DNA of 64,000 nt, taken from Candidatus Omnitrophota bacterium. Lineage in GTDB: Bacteria; Omnitrophota; Gorgyraeia; Gygaellales; Profunditerraquicolaceae. The position numbers and the translations under genes are program-made. The DNA lies in the NCBI GenBank assembly GCA_028712255.1, contig JAQTQJ010000001.1:12366-76365 (forward strand). The letters are read 5' to 3'. Each line of letters begins with the position of its first letter. Within the stretch, counting starts at the first letter, position 1. Positions 17,611-26,892 of this stretch are shown here, piece after piece. The notes beneath the pieces are model-generated. The model was not told where the DNA came from, made no database searches, and was given only the letters and a program-made list of their open reading frames with translations.

Positions 17611-17753
17611 AGATTGCTTCGTCGTCCGCCACAGGGCGTTGGCGGACTCCTCGCAATGACACAGGAGGATGGCGGACTTAGAATGACGGAAGAACAGGTG
17701 GCTCAGAATGACGGGGGGATGTATACATAATCAGTTGTGAGCTTAGAATGACT
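17611..17753. repeat. nested-palindrome element right half followed by degenerate tandem GAATGAC units
   Basis: agattgcttcgtcgtccgccacagggcgttggcggactcctcgcaatgacac ... ttagaatgacgg ... ctcagaatgacgg ... cttagaatgactg. Confidence 0.75.
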
Positions 17754-17773
17754 GAAGATATATAGAAATTTTC

Positions 17774-17813
17774 TGTTAGATTTTGCCTTTTCTTGCGTCA
17801 GTTGTAGTAAGAG
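17774..17813 (+). promoter_or_regulatory. conserved motif TGTTAGAT-N14-CGTCAGTTGTAGTAAG (copy 2 of 4), upstream of bro-N gene
   Basis: seen in sequence. Confidence 0.5.
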
Positions 17814-17844
17814 GATAATAATAACGCAGGAAAAGGAGGATAGC

Positions 17845-18669
17845 ATGGAGACGAAGATGGCGGTATTTAAAGGAAAAGGGATACGGAAAGTCATTTATAA
17901 TAATGAATGGTGGTTTGTGATTGAAGATGTAGTTATTGCTCTTATTGATTCAGGTGATCCTAAGCAGTATGTTCAAAGAATGAAACAAAGAGATCCGGAA
18001 CTGGCTAAAGGGTGGGTACAAATTGTACATACCCTTGAAATTCACACAGAAGGTGGAAAGCAAAAGATGAATTGCGCTAATACAGAAGGAGTTTTTCGTA
18101 TTATTCAGTCAATACCATCTCCCAAAGCAGAGCCGTTTAAACGTTGGTTGGCTAAAGTTGGTTATGAGCGAGTGCAGGAAATTGAGAATCCGGAGTTGGC
18201 AACCAAACGGACAAGGATGCTCTATAAACTCAAAGGATATCCCGATAGCTGGATTGAAAAACGTATGCGCGGTATTGCTATTCGTGAAGAACTTACGGAT
18301 GAATGGCAGAAACGCGGTGCGCAAGAAAAAAAGGATTACGAAATTTTAACTTCAGAAATATCAAAAGCTACCTTTGGGATTACGCCTGGCCAGTATAAGA
18401 AGATAAAACGGTTAAAACGTGAAAATCTGCGTGACCATATGGATGATTTTGAGCTTATCTTTACAATGCTTGGAGAAAGGTCAACTACCGAAATTCATCG
18501 CACTGAAGATTCGCAAGGTGTGCCGAAGCTTAAAAGCGATGCCAAGGCCGGAGGAGATATTGCCGGCAATGCCAGAAAACAATTGGAAAAAAGAATAAAA
18601 AGGCCGATTGTTTCAAGAGATAATTTTTTGGAGCAATCTAAAAGAGTCAAAAATTTGCCTTATAAATAA
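17845..18669 (+). CDS. phage antirepressor-like protein, Bro-N domain with KilA-C/ORF6C-like C-terminal part
   Basis: N-terminal FKGKGIRKVIYNNEWWFVIEDVVIALI (Bro-N); phage-type C-terminal domain. Confidence 0.6.
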   Translation: METKMAVFKGKGIRKVIYNNEWWFVIEDVVIALIDSGDPKQYVQRMKQRDPELAKGWVQIVHTLEIHTEGGKQKMNCANTEGVFRIIQSIPSPKAEPFKRWLAKVGYERVQEIENPELATKRTRMLYKLKGYPDSWIEKRMRGIAIREELTDEWQKRGAQEKKDYEILTSEISKATFGITPGQYKKIKRLKRENLRDHMDDFELIFTMLGERSTTEIHRTEDSQGVPKLKSDAKAGGDIAGNARKQLEKRIKRPIVSRDNFLEQSKRVKNLPYK

Positions 18670-18678
18670 CCAAATCAA

Positions 18679-18706
18679 TAGCGGATTCAGAATGACTGAA
18701 GATATA
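18679..18706. repeat. fragment of nested-palindrome element (TTCAGAATGACTGAAG)
   Basis: seen in sequence. Confidence 0.5.
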
Positions 18707-18776
18707 TAGTACGGCAATCTTTCCTTTTGCTCCCTATTTCTTAAACCTCAATAACAATAAAAAGGTTAGTTATAAA

Positions 18777-20666
18777 ATGGCGTTTATCAGTTTACAGGAA
18801 GTTAATCTTGCGTTTAGCGGGCCGCTGATTTTTAATGGTTTAAATTTACAGCTGGAGCAGGGGGAACGTATTGCCCTGCTTGGCCGTAATGGCGCGGGAA
18901 AGACCACCTTAATGAAGGTGATGATTGGCCAGCAGCCGGTTGACGCGGGTACAGTTATCACGCAAAAAGGAATTCAGGTTGCTCATCTGCCGCAGGAGGT
19001 GCCTGTGGATATCACCGGGAATGTTTTTGATATCGTTCTTTCGGGGCTGGGCGCGCGGGCTGAACTTTTAAGCCAGCACCACCGCCTTACCCAGCGTCTG
19101 CAAACAGAGCAGACTCCGGAATTATTGAGGCAGCTTGATACTCTCCAAGATAAACTTAACCATACTGATAGTTGGGATGTGAATAATCAGGTAGAAGAGG
19201 CTATTGCCAAAATGAAACTGGATCCGGATAGCGATTTTTCCCTGTTGTCCGGAGGGCAGAAACGCCGGGCGCTTTTGGCTAGGGCTTTAGTGCTTAAACC
19301 GGAGGTTTTACTGCTGGATGAGCCGACTAACCATTTGGATATTGATTCCATGCTTTGGCTGGAAGGATTTTTGCTCAATTACCCGGGTACGGTTTTCTTT
19401 GTGACCCATGACCGGATGTTTATGACGCGTTTAGCTACTAGGATCATTGAGCTTGATCGGGGAAGGATATATAGTTGGTCATGCGACTATAAGACATTTC
19501 TTGAACGTAAACAAGCAGCTTTGGATATGGAGGAAGCCCGGGATAGCCGTTTTGATAAAAAATTAGCAGAAGAAGAGGTTTGGATTCGTAAAGGAGTTAA
19601 GGCGCGCAGGTGCCGCAATGAAGGCCGGGTTAAGGCGCTGGAGCGTTTACGTGAGGAGAAGAAGCAACAGCGTAAGGCAATCGGAGAAGTACGCATGCGC
19701 GCGCAGAAAGTTGACCCTTCGGGCCAGCGGGTGATTAAAGTCGCGCAACTTGGATTTAGTTTTGGGGAGAAATGCCTGGTTAGGGATTTTTCCACCCAAA
19801 TAATGCGGGGCGATAAGATCGGCGTGATCGGGCCCAACGGCAGCGGCAAGACAACCTTGTTACGGCTTCTGTTGGGGCAGCTTGAGCCGCAAAAAGGCAA
19901 GGTAACCTTGGGAACGAATTTGCAGGTTGCTTATTATGACCAGCTGCGCGAGCAACTGGATGAGGATGCAACTGTGGCCGAAAACGTCAACGGAGAATCT
20001 GACGCCATCGTGATTAACGGTAAACCCAAACATATCATCGGATACTTGCAGGATTTTTTGTTTACTCCGGACCGGGCGCGCACTCCGGTTAAGGTGCTTT
20101 CAGGCGGGGAGCGTAACCGTCTTTTTCTGGCGCGGTTATTTTCCAAGCCTTCAAATGTTTTAGTCATGGATGAGCCGACCAATGACCTGGACATTGAAAC
20201 TCTTGAGCTTTTGGAAGAATTATTGCTGGAGTATCCGGGAACCCTGCTTTTAGTAAGTCATGACCGAGTTTTTTTGAATAATGTAGTTACCTCGACTATG
20301 GTTTTGGAAGGGGATGGCCTAATTAATGAATATGCCGGAGGCTATGATGATTGGTTAAGCCAGCGAAAATTCGCCCAGCAGCCCGCGGTAAAAGCAAAAC
20401 CGAAAAAAGAAATTATCCGCCCCAAAAAACCGGTAGTCCCGCGTAAACTTACTTCTAAAGAACAGCATGAACTTGATAGCCTTGCTTCGGTAATCGAGAA
20501 AATAGAGAATGAGCAAAAACAGATATATGCTCACCTAGCGGATTTTAAATTTTACGAGAAGGATCCTGCAGAGATCGCCGGAACCAAGGTCAGATTAGAA
20601 TTATTATCAGATGAACTGGAAAAGGCCTACGCGCGCTGGGAGTATTTAGAGGAATTATCGGAATAA
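18777..20666 (+). CDS. uup: ABC-F family ATPase (Uup/EttA-like), two ABC domains
   Basis: two Walker A (GRNGAGKTT, GPNGSGKTT) and two LSGG signature motifs, C-terminal coiled coil. Confidence 0.85.
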   Translation: MAFISLQEVNLAFSGPLIFNGLNLQLEQGERIALLGRNGAGKTTLMKVMIGQQPVDAGTVITQKGIQVAHLPQEVPVDITGNVFDIVLSGLGARAELLSQHHRLTQRLQTEQTPELLRQLDTLQDKLNHTDSWDVNNQVEEAIAKMKLDPDSDFSLLSGGQKRRALLARALVLKPEVLLLDEPTNHLDIDSMLWLEGFLLNYPGTVFFVTHDRMFMTRLATRIIELDRGRIYSWSCDYKTFLERKQAALDMEEARDSRFDKKLAEEEVWIRKGVKARRCRNEGRVKALERLREEKKQQRKAIGEVRMRAQKVDPSGQRVIKVAQLGFSFGEKCLVRDFSTQIMRGDKIGVIGPNGSGKTTLLRLLLGQLEPQKGKVTLGTNLQVAYYDQLREQLDEDATVAENVNGESDAIVINGKPKHIIGYLQDFLFTPDRARTPVKVLSGGERNRLFLARLFSKPSNVLVMDEPTNDLDIETLELLEELLLEYPGTLLLVSHDRVFLNNVVTSTMVLEGDGLINEYAGGYDDWLSQRKFAQQPAVKAKPKKEIIRPKKPVVPRKLTSKEQHELDSLASVIEKIENEQKQIYAHLADFKFYEKDPAEIAGTKVRLELLSDELEKAYARWEYLEELSE

Positions 20667-20782
20667 GAATAATTGCGCGGTGCATCTAGTTTTTCTTGAT
20701 AACTGGCATATTCGGACTTATAATACTTAGCTAATAAGTAAGTTGGTATTGCGGGTGATTGATGGGGTAATAAGTAGTTTAA

Positions 20783-20879
20783 AAGATTGCTTCATCGCTT
20801 CGCTCCTCGCAATGACACCGGCTACTTTTCGCAAGGACACGGCTACCTCGTAATGACACAGTTACTTTGTAATGACACG
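20783..20879. repeat. nested-palindrome element right half plus three degenerate AATGACAC units
   Basis: aagattgcttcatcgcttcgctcctcgcaatgacac ... cgcaaggacac ... cgtaatgacac ... gtaatgacac. Confidence 0.75.
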
Positions 20880-20890
20880 CTTACACGGGA

Positions 20891-21307
20891 GTGATGATGA
20901 TTGAAATGGAGTTGAATAAGATTGTGATTGATGAGAAGAGGCATGATCAGTTGATTGCCCTAAAAGAAAAGGGCGGCAGCCGGATGTTGCCGATTGTGAT
21001 TGGTTTAAATGAGGCATCGGCTATAAAATTAAAAATCAGCGGGTTTAATCCTCCGCGGCCTCTGACGCATGATTTAATTTTTACTTTGCTTGGCGATCTG
21101 GGGGCAACCGTGGAGAAGGTTGTCATCGATAAAATGGAGGAGAATACCTTTTATGCCAAGATCCTCATTAAAACTGCTGACGGCCAACAAAAAAGTATCG
21201 ATGCCCGGCCAAGCGACAGTATTGCACTGGCCGTGAGGAGTCATGCGCCGATTTTTGTTGAAGATGCAATTCTTCAGCAGTATGAAATGTTCAATAAAGA
21301 TAAGTAA
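20891..21307 (+). CDS. bifunctional nuclease family protein (BFN/DUF151)
   Basis: LPIVIGLNEASAI...RPLTHDL...ARPSDSIALAVR pattern of DUF151. Confidence 0.7.
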   Translation: MMMIEMELNKIVIDEKRHDQLIALKEKGGSRMLPIVIGLNEASAIKLKISGFNPPRPLTHDLIFTLLGDLGATVEKVVIDKMEENTFYAKILIKTADGQQKSIDARPSDSIALAVRSHAPIFVEDAILQQYEMFNKDK

Positions 21308-21343
21308 TAAATGGAACCGCTCTCTTTGCCATACCTGATAAAT

Positions 21344-21404
21344 AAAGGGGACAGTTCTATTTTTGGTTGAAAGAAAAATGAGAAAAACAGAACCGTCCCC
21401 TTTA
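21344..21404 (+). terminator. long hairpin AAAGGGGACAGTTCTATTTTT ... AAAAACAGAACCGTCCCCTTT (GGGGACGG hairpin family)
   Basis: seen in sequence between BFN gene and cca. Confidence 0.7.
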
Positions 21405-21409
21405 TTTCT

Positions 21410-22855
21410 ATGCTTCAATTTAGCCTAAAAGAAAAAAATATTTTAAAGCCGATTTATAATTTTGCCAAATTAAAAAAGGTGAAATTATATTTAGTCGGCG
21501 GAGTCTTGCGTGATTTAATCTTAAAGAGAAAAAAAGAAAATCCTGATTTTGATTTTTGTTTGAAAAAGGGAGCCTTAAATTTTGGCCGGCTTTTGTCTAA
21601 GCAGCTCAGGGCTGCTTATGTAGTTTTGGATGCTGAGCATGGGGCTTGCCGCCTTGTAAAGAGGATAGATGGTAAACTTTACACCTTTGACTTTACGGAT
21701 TTCCGCGCGCCAATTCTGGAAAAAGATCTTTTGCACCGGGATTTTACGATTAATGCTATGGCTCTTACGCTGAGCGATGTTTTCTCAGACAAAGATTTAA
21801 ATGCATTGATTATTGATCCGTATTTTGGAAGAAGTGACCTTGAGCGTAAAATAATTAAGGTTGTTGGCCTAAGTTCATTTAAAGAGGATCCTTTAAGGAT
21901 CCTACGCGCGTTTAGTTTTAGCTGCATGCTTGGGTTTAGTTTGGATAAAGAGACCTTACGCCTGGCAAAAAAAGAAAAAAGCAGGATCATCGCGGTGTCC
22001 AGCGAACGTATTCGTGATGAGTTGTTTAAGATTTTTGATAGTGTCACAACTTATGATTCTTTAGTTATTTTGGATAAGCTAAAGATTTTAGAGATACTAT
22101 TCCCGGAAATAAAGCCGATGCGCCATATCGGGCAGGGGCCTTATCATCATCTGGATGTCTGGCAGCATACTTTAGAAACATTAAAGCAGTTTGAATTGAT
22201 TTTAAAATTAGTTAAACATAATCCGCAGATAAATAATTATCTTGAGCAGGAGGTTTCTAGCTTTCATAAAAGATCAAGCCTTCTAAAGTTAGTTTGTATA
22301 TTGCATGATGTGGGTAAGCCTGCTGCTTTACGCCGGGAAAAAGGGAAAATTATTTTTCACGGCCATGAGAGGGTAGGTTTAGGGCTGACCAGAGTAATCT
22401 GGCGCAGGCTAAAATTATCTAATGAGGAGGGCCGCTCTTTAGAGAAGATTGTGCTCTGGCATTTACGCCCCGGATATCTGGCAGATTACCAAAACCCTAC
22501 TCAGCGGGCAATCTTTCGTTATTTTCGTGATACAGGTAATGAGGCATTGTCTGTGCTTTTGTTATCGTTGGCTGACCAGCGCGCCACTAAAGGCCCGCTG
22601 GCTACCGCACTTTCGCGTGTACGGCATGAAAAATTAGTTAAGTTGTTAATTCATAAGTTGCTAAAAAAACAAAGCGAGAAGAAAGTTATTCGCCTGATTA
22701 ACGGCAATGATATTATGAATAAATTTAAGTTGAAGGCATCTCCATTAATAGGCACAGTTCTTGAAGCGTTGGAAGAGGCTCAGGCGCTTGGTAAGATTAA
22801 GAATAAAAAAGAGGCTTTGGAGTTAGCCGCTAAAATAATTAAGAAAGAACAATGA
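21410..22855 (+). CDS. cca: CCA-adding tRNA nucleotidyltransferase / poly(A) polymerase family with HD domain
   Basis: LVGGVLRDLIL head domain, HD motif (LHDVGK), 481 aa. Confidence 0.8.
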   Translation: MLQFSLKEKNILKPIYNFAKLKKVKLYLVGGVLRDLILKRKKENPDFDFCLKKGALNFGRLLSKQLRAAYVVLDAEHGACRLVKRIDGKLYTFDFTDFRAPILEKDLLHRDFTINAMALTLSDVFSDKDLNALIIDPYFGRSDLERKIIKVVGLSSFKEDPLRILRAFSFSCMLGFSLDKETLRLAKKEKSRIIAVSSERIRDELFKIFDSVTTYDSLVILDKLKILEILFPEIKPMRHIGQGPYHHLDVWQHTLETLKQFELILKLVKHNPQINNYLEQEVSSFHKRSSLLKLVCILHDVGKPAALRREKGKIIFHGHERVGLGLTRVIWRRLKLSNEEGRSLEKIVLWHLRPGYLADYQNPTQRAIFRYFRDTGNEALSVLLLSLADQRATKGPLATALSRVRHEKLVKLLIHKLLKKQSEKKVIRLINGNDIMNKFKLKASPLIGTVLEALEEAQALGKIKNKKEALELAAKIIKKEQ

Positions 22856-25290
22856 AGAAATTTATTATAATTACGCTAATTTTGCTTTTGATCCTTACTG
22901 GAGGCATAATCTATTTAAATAAAGTAGTGCTTCCCGTAAGAATAAAAGCACTTGTTATTTCAACGCTGAAAAAACAGACCGGAAAAGATGTAACCTTAAA
23001 ATCGCTGGAGTTTAGCATATTTAAGGGGTTGATTTTGCAAGATTTGGTTATTTCCGATACGCAGAATGTAATTTTAAGCACGCGCCAGGCAAGCTGCTCC
23101 GTTTTTATCTGGCCTATCCTCAAGAAGCAAATCATTATCCCGGGAATAACCCTTAAAAGCCCATATATTTTCTTAGAGCGCAAAGCTGATGGCAGTTTTA
23201 ATCTACAGGACCTTTTTCCTGCAGCCGTAGTCCCTGCAAAGAAATCTGAATTCAGTGTTTCTGTTCTTAAAATATGTGTCGTATCGGGCAATGTTGCTTT
23301 TCAAGATGATACTCTGGCTACTAAATTCAAAAAAGAGATTAAGAATATTCAGTTTAATCTGTATTTGGGCCTGCCGGCAAGCGTAAAGTTCAATTTTAAG
23401 GGTGAGATGCCGCAGAATCCTACTGTTTTTATCAGCGCCTCAGGGCAATATAAAATTTTGACCCGGGAGTTTTCCGGAAATCTTGCAGTTAAAAACTTAT
23501 CATTGGCTGAGTTTGGGGCCTATTATAATAATTTAAACCAGTTGGTTTCAGGCAGTATCGATTTAGAAGCTCAGATTAGTTTTAAAGACCAGTTATTGCA
23601 GGCTAATATTAACGCCAAGGGAGAGAATTTAGTTTTGGAAAAAGACAAATTAAAAGCCAAATTGAATTCCGGGGTGCAAGCTAAAGTTGAATATAACCTG
23701 CAAACTAAGAAAACTGCTTTCGATGGTTTTTGTAATATTTGGCAGGCTGATATAACAGGAATAGATTTCTTGGGTGAAATCAAGAATCTTCGCGGCACGT
23801 TTTCTTTTAACCAGCGCTCGTTAGTTGCAGATAGTTTGAAGGCGCAGTTATTGGGTGTACCTTTTGCAATCAAGCTGGGGATTAAGGATTTTAAGACTCC
23901 GGTATTAAGCATTAATACTAATTTAGACCTTAGTATTCTGCCGCCTATTGCCAAAGAGAAATTTAATTTTAACCTGATTAATTCAGCTAGTGGCCAAGCT
24001 GCTTTAACGATTAAAGCGCATCCGGATGCATTAGGCGTTTGGGGAGTGGATGGTGAAGTTGGTATAACCGGCGCGAGTTTAAAATTAGATAAGCAAGATA
24101 TTCCTGTAGAAGATATTGTTTCTGTTATTGAATTTAGCCAACAGGGGTTTAACTGGAAAGATACTAAATTTAAGTATAAGGGGCTAGATTATCAGAGTAG
24201 CGGAACATTTTCTGATTTTAAAGCGCCAAACATTAAACTGAAACTTTTTTCCCAGGATCTCTCGTTGACCTCGGATTTTAACTTATTAGGTAAGAAAGTA
24301 AAGATTACTCAGCTTAATGGTAAATATCTTGATTCGCAGTTTACAGTAACCGGCGATGTTGATAATTCGGATTCTGCCAATTTGCAGATTGACCTGAGCG
24401 GTAAGTTTAATTTGGAGTTGGGTAATTTAAGCACGATACTGGATAAACAGTACCCGGCGATAAAATCTATTCGGCCGGCCGGGCAATTGGATGCGCAATT
24501 TAAGTTAAACGGTAATCCGTCGCGCTTTAAGGATTGTTATTTACAGGCAAAACTTAAGAGCAATAATTTTTCTCTCTATGGTTTCAGTACGCAGAGTTTA
24601 TCCATGGATTTTCTGTTGGATCAAAAAATAGTAAAGATACCAAATTTACGTATTGCTATTTATGATGGATCAATTGAAGGATCTGGCGCCTTAAACCTTG
24701 ATACTACTGATTTTCCTTATCAACTGGAGTTAAAAGCCGATGGAATTAAATTAGAAAAACTTAAAATGGATACTGCATCCAAAAATAAAAATATATCTGG
24801 AACTTTGCTTGGAGAACTTAAACTTAACGGATTTTCAACAGATATGGGTAAGCTTAGCGGAGCCGGTAGCTTTAGTGTAAAAGAGGGAAGGCTTTGGGAA
24901 TTAAATTTGTTTAAGGGTTTGGGTAAGATATTGTTCACCAAGGATTTGGGTAGCATTGAACTTTCAGAATGTGATTGTGCTTTCTTGATAAAAGATAAAT
25001 TTTTCTCTACGGATAAGCTGCAAATAAAGGGTAATATTGCTAACCTAACCGGGCCGTTAAAAATTGGTTTTGATGGATCTTTGGAAGGCGCTTTAAATGT
25101 GGATATTTTAAGTGACATGGTTCCGGTGAGCGGGACATTAAAGGATCTTACTACTGCAATTATCGGCCAGTCTGGAAAATTCGCGGTGATTAAATTAAGC
25201 GGTACACTTGCCGAGCCAAAATATAGTTTTAAAACGGCGGTAAACAATATTTTAAAAGGTTTAACCGATGTGCTTTTCGGGAAACAGTAG
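22852..25290 (+). CDS. AsmA-family outer-membrane biogenesis protein
   Basis: single N-terminal TM helix then an 800-aa beta-rich, low-complexity repeated region typical of AsmA/DUF3971 proteins. Confidence 0.5.
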   Translation: MKKFIIITLILLLILTGGIIYLNKVVLPVRIKALVISTLKKQTGKDVTLKSLEFSIFKGLILQDLVISDTQNVILSTRQASCSVFIWPILKKQIIIPGITLKSPYIFLERKADGSFNLQDLFPAAVVPAKKSEFSVSVLKICVVSGNVAFQDDTLATKFKKEIKNIQFNLYLGLPASVKFNFKGEMPQNPTVFISASGQYKILTREFSGNLAVKNLSLAEFGAYYNNLNQLVSGSIDLEAQISFKDQLLQANINAKGENLVLEKDKLKAKLNSGVQAKVEYNLQTKKTAFDGFCNIWQADITGIDFLGEIKNLRGTFSFNQRSLVADSLKAQLLGVPFAIKLGIKDFKTPVLSINTNLDLSILPPIAKEKFNFNLINSASGQAALTIKAHPDALGVWGVDGEVGITGASLKLDKQDIPVEDIVSVIEFSQQGFNWKDTKFKYKGLDYQSSGTFSDFKAPNIKLKLFSQDLSLTSDFNLLGKKVKITQLNGKYLDSQFTVTGDVDNSDSANLQIDLSGKFNLELGNLSTILDKQYPAIKSIRPAGQLDAQFKLNGNPSRFKDCYLQAKLKSNNFSLYGFSTQSLSMDFLLDQKIVKIPNLRIAIYDGSIEGSGALNLDTTDFPYQLELKADGIKLEKLKMDTASKNKNISGTLLGELKLNGFSTDMGKLSGAGSFSVKEGRLWELNLFKGLGKILFTKDLGSIELSECDCAFLIKDKFFSTDKLQIKGNIANLTGPLKIGFDGSLEGALNVDILSDMVPVSGTLKDLTTAIIGQSGKFAVIKLSGTLAEPKYSFKTAVNNILKGLTDVLFGKQ

Positions 25291-25299
25291 GGGGCTGGT

Positions 25300-25716
25300 A
25301 TGAAAGTTTATACTCAGGAGTTATTCTTTAATACGAAGAATCGCCAGGAGTTTATTAATATTACGGATCAGCTAGAGCAGGTTTTGGTTAAAAGTGGAAT
25401 TAAAGAGGGTTTGTGTTTGGTAAATCCCATGCATATTACTGCCAGTGTCTTTATTAATGATGACGAAAGTGGGCTGCATAAAGATTTCTCCGCCTGGCTT
25501 GAGAAATTGGCTCCGTTTGGGAAAGATAAATATCAGCATAATCTTACCGGTGAGGATAATGCGGATGCACATTTAAAGCGTACGATTATGGGCAGAGAAG
25601 TAGTGGTGGCGGTGACCGGAGGCAAATTTCATTTTGGTCCTTGGGAGCAGATTTTTTACGGCGAGTTTGACGGTCAAAGAAAAAAGCGCGTTTTAGTTAA
25701 GATAATCGGAGAATAG
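25300..25716 (+). CDS. yjbQ: YjbQ/UPF0047 family protein (secondary thiamine-phosphate synthase-like)
   Basis: [12 protein letters not shown]...NADAHLKRT...[13 protein letters not shown] pattern. Confidence 0.7.
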   Translation: MKVYTQELFFNTKNRQEFINITDQLEQVLVKSGIKEGLCLVNPMHITASVFINDDESGLHKDFSAWLEKLAPFGKDKYQHNLTGEDNADAHLKRTIMGREVVVAVTGGKFHFGPWEQIFYGEFDGQRKKRVLVKIIGE

Positions 25717-25730
25717 TAGATATAAATTAA

Positions 25731-25817
25731 AGTCATTCTGAGGAGTGCGCCGTAGGCGCGCGACGAAGAATCTAAAAAGAGATCCTTCGTCCGCCTGAAG
25801 CGGACTCAGGATGACGG
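25731..25817. repeat. nested-palindrome element, full copy, TCATTCTGAGG / CTCAGGATGAC variant
   Basis: agtcattctgaggagtgcgccgtaggcgcgcgacgaagaatctaaaaagagatccttcgtccgcctgaagcggactcaggatgacgg. Confidence 0.8.
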
Positions 25818-25833
25818 AAATTTAAGGGTAATT

Positions 25834-26826
25834 ATGAAAATAAAAAATACAGAAATTAAGGTAGTAATGAGTGATATTACTGAAATAAAGGCTGATGCTA
25901 TTGTTAATGCCGCTAATAATGAATTGGTGATGGGAGGGGGAGTTGCCGGGGCAATTAGGCGCAAGGGTGGTAAAATTATCGAAGATGAGGCAGTAAAAAA
26001 AGGCCCGATTAAAATTGGAGAGGCAGTTGCTACCGGCGCAGGAAAATTGCCAGCAAAATATGTAATTCACGCTGCTACGATGGGGATAGGTTTTTCCCGC
26101 CAATCAAATAAATCATCAGGCGGGATCCCGCCTGAGCTTTGTAAGAGCTGGGCGGGAAAGACGGATGAGATTAAAATTCGTGATGCTTGTAGGAGCTCAT
26201 TAAACTTGGTTAGTGAATTAAAGATTGGTTCAATTGTTTTTCCGGCTTTAGGTTGTGGTACAGGAGGATTTCCATTGCTTGCTTCAGCTAAAATTATGGC
26301 TCAGGAGGTTTTAAAGCACCTGCGTCAGCAGGAGTCGCCCCTTAAAGAAGTAATTTTTTGTCTGAATAATCAGGAGGCTGTTACTATTTTTAATAAAGGC
26401 GTATTGGGCTATCTGGAATATGTAACGACTAAATTGTCCGGTGGGCCTTATGTTACCGTGGATGCGATTATTGAATTACCCGAAGGAATTGTAATTATTC
26501 AGCGTAGTAATCCGCCTTTTGGCTGGGCGCTGCCAGGAGGTTTTGTAGATTACGGCGAGAGCTTAGAAGATGCGGTAATAAGAGAGGCAAAAGAAGAGAC
26601 TAATCTTGATTTGACCGAGGTTAAACAGTTTCATACCTATTCTGCTCCTAACCGTGACCCCAGATTCCATACAGCCGGAACAGTATTTATTGCCAAAGCT
26701 AAAGGAATCCCTAGAGCCGGAGATGATGCCGCAGGCTTAAAAGTTATTAAATTAAATGAAATAGAGAAGATGCAATTTGCTTTTGACCATAAAAAGATTC
26801 TTCAGGATTATCTAAATTCAAAATAA
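25834..26826 (+). CDS. Macro domain (MacroD/YmdB-type) fused to NUDIX hydrolase
   Basis: N-term [23 protein letters not shown] macro signature; C-term Nudix box [24 protein letters not shown]. Confidence 0.75.
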   Translation: MKIKNTEIKVVMSDITEIKADAIVNAANNELVMGGGVAGAIRRKGGKIIEDEAVKKGPIKIGEAVATGAGKLPAKYVIHAATMGIGFSRQSNKSSGGIPPELCKSWAGKTDEIKIRDACRSSLNLVSELKIGSIVFPALGCGTGGFPLLASAKIMAQEVLKHLRQQESPLKEVIFCLNNQEAVTIFNKGVLGYLEYVTTKLSGGPYVTVDAIIELPEGIVIIQRSNPPFGWALPGGFVDYGESLEDAVIREAKEETNLDLTEVKQFHTYSAPNRDPRFHTAGTVFIAKAKGIPRAGDDAAGLKVIKLNEIEKMQFAFDHKKILQDYLNSK

Positions 26827-26827
26827 A

Positions 26828-26890
26828 AGGGACCGTTTCTGTTTTTCTACCTTTTAAGTTTAGAAAAACAGAAACGGTCCCTTTTATTTT
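26828..26890. terminator. bidirectional terminator: perfect 25-bp hairpin AAAAGGGACCGTTTCTGTTTTTCTA / TAGAAAAACAGAAACGGTCCCTTTT
   Basis: seen in sequence between convergent genes, flanked by T-runs on both strands. Confidence 0.85.
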
Positions 26891-26892
26891 AT

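Noticed and set aside
17515-17730. 71-aa ORF (GGYGGGGDKYLSRASIRLLRRPPQGVGGLL...)
   Set aside because: Translation of the repeat half-copy and the GAATGAC tandem units; glycine- and arginine-rich; overlaps the end of ORF 17172-17588.
19487-20194. Several minus-strand ORFs (137, 63, 86 aa) inside the ABC-F gene
   Set aside because: Arg/Ser-rich antisense translations of a strongly supported + strand gene.
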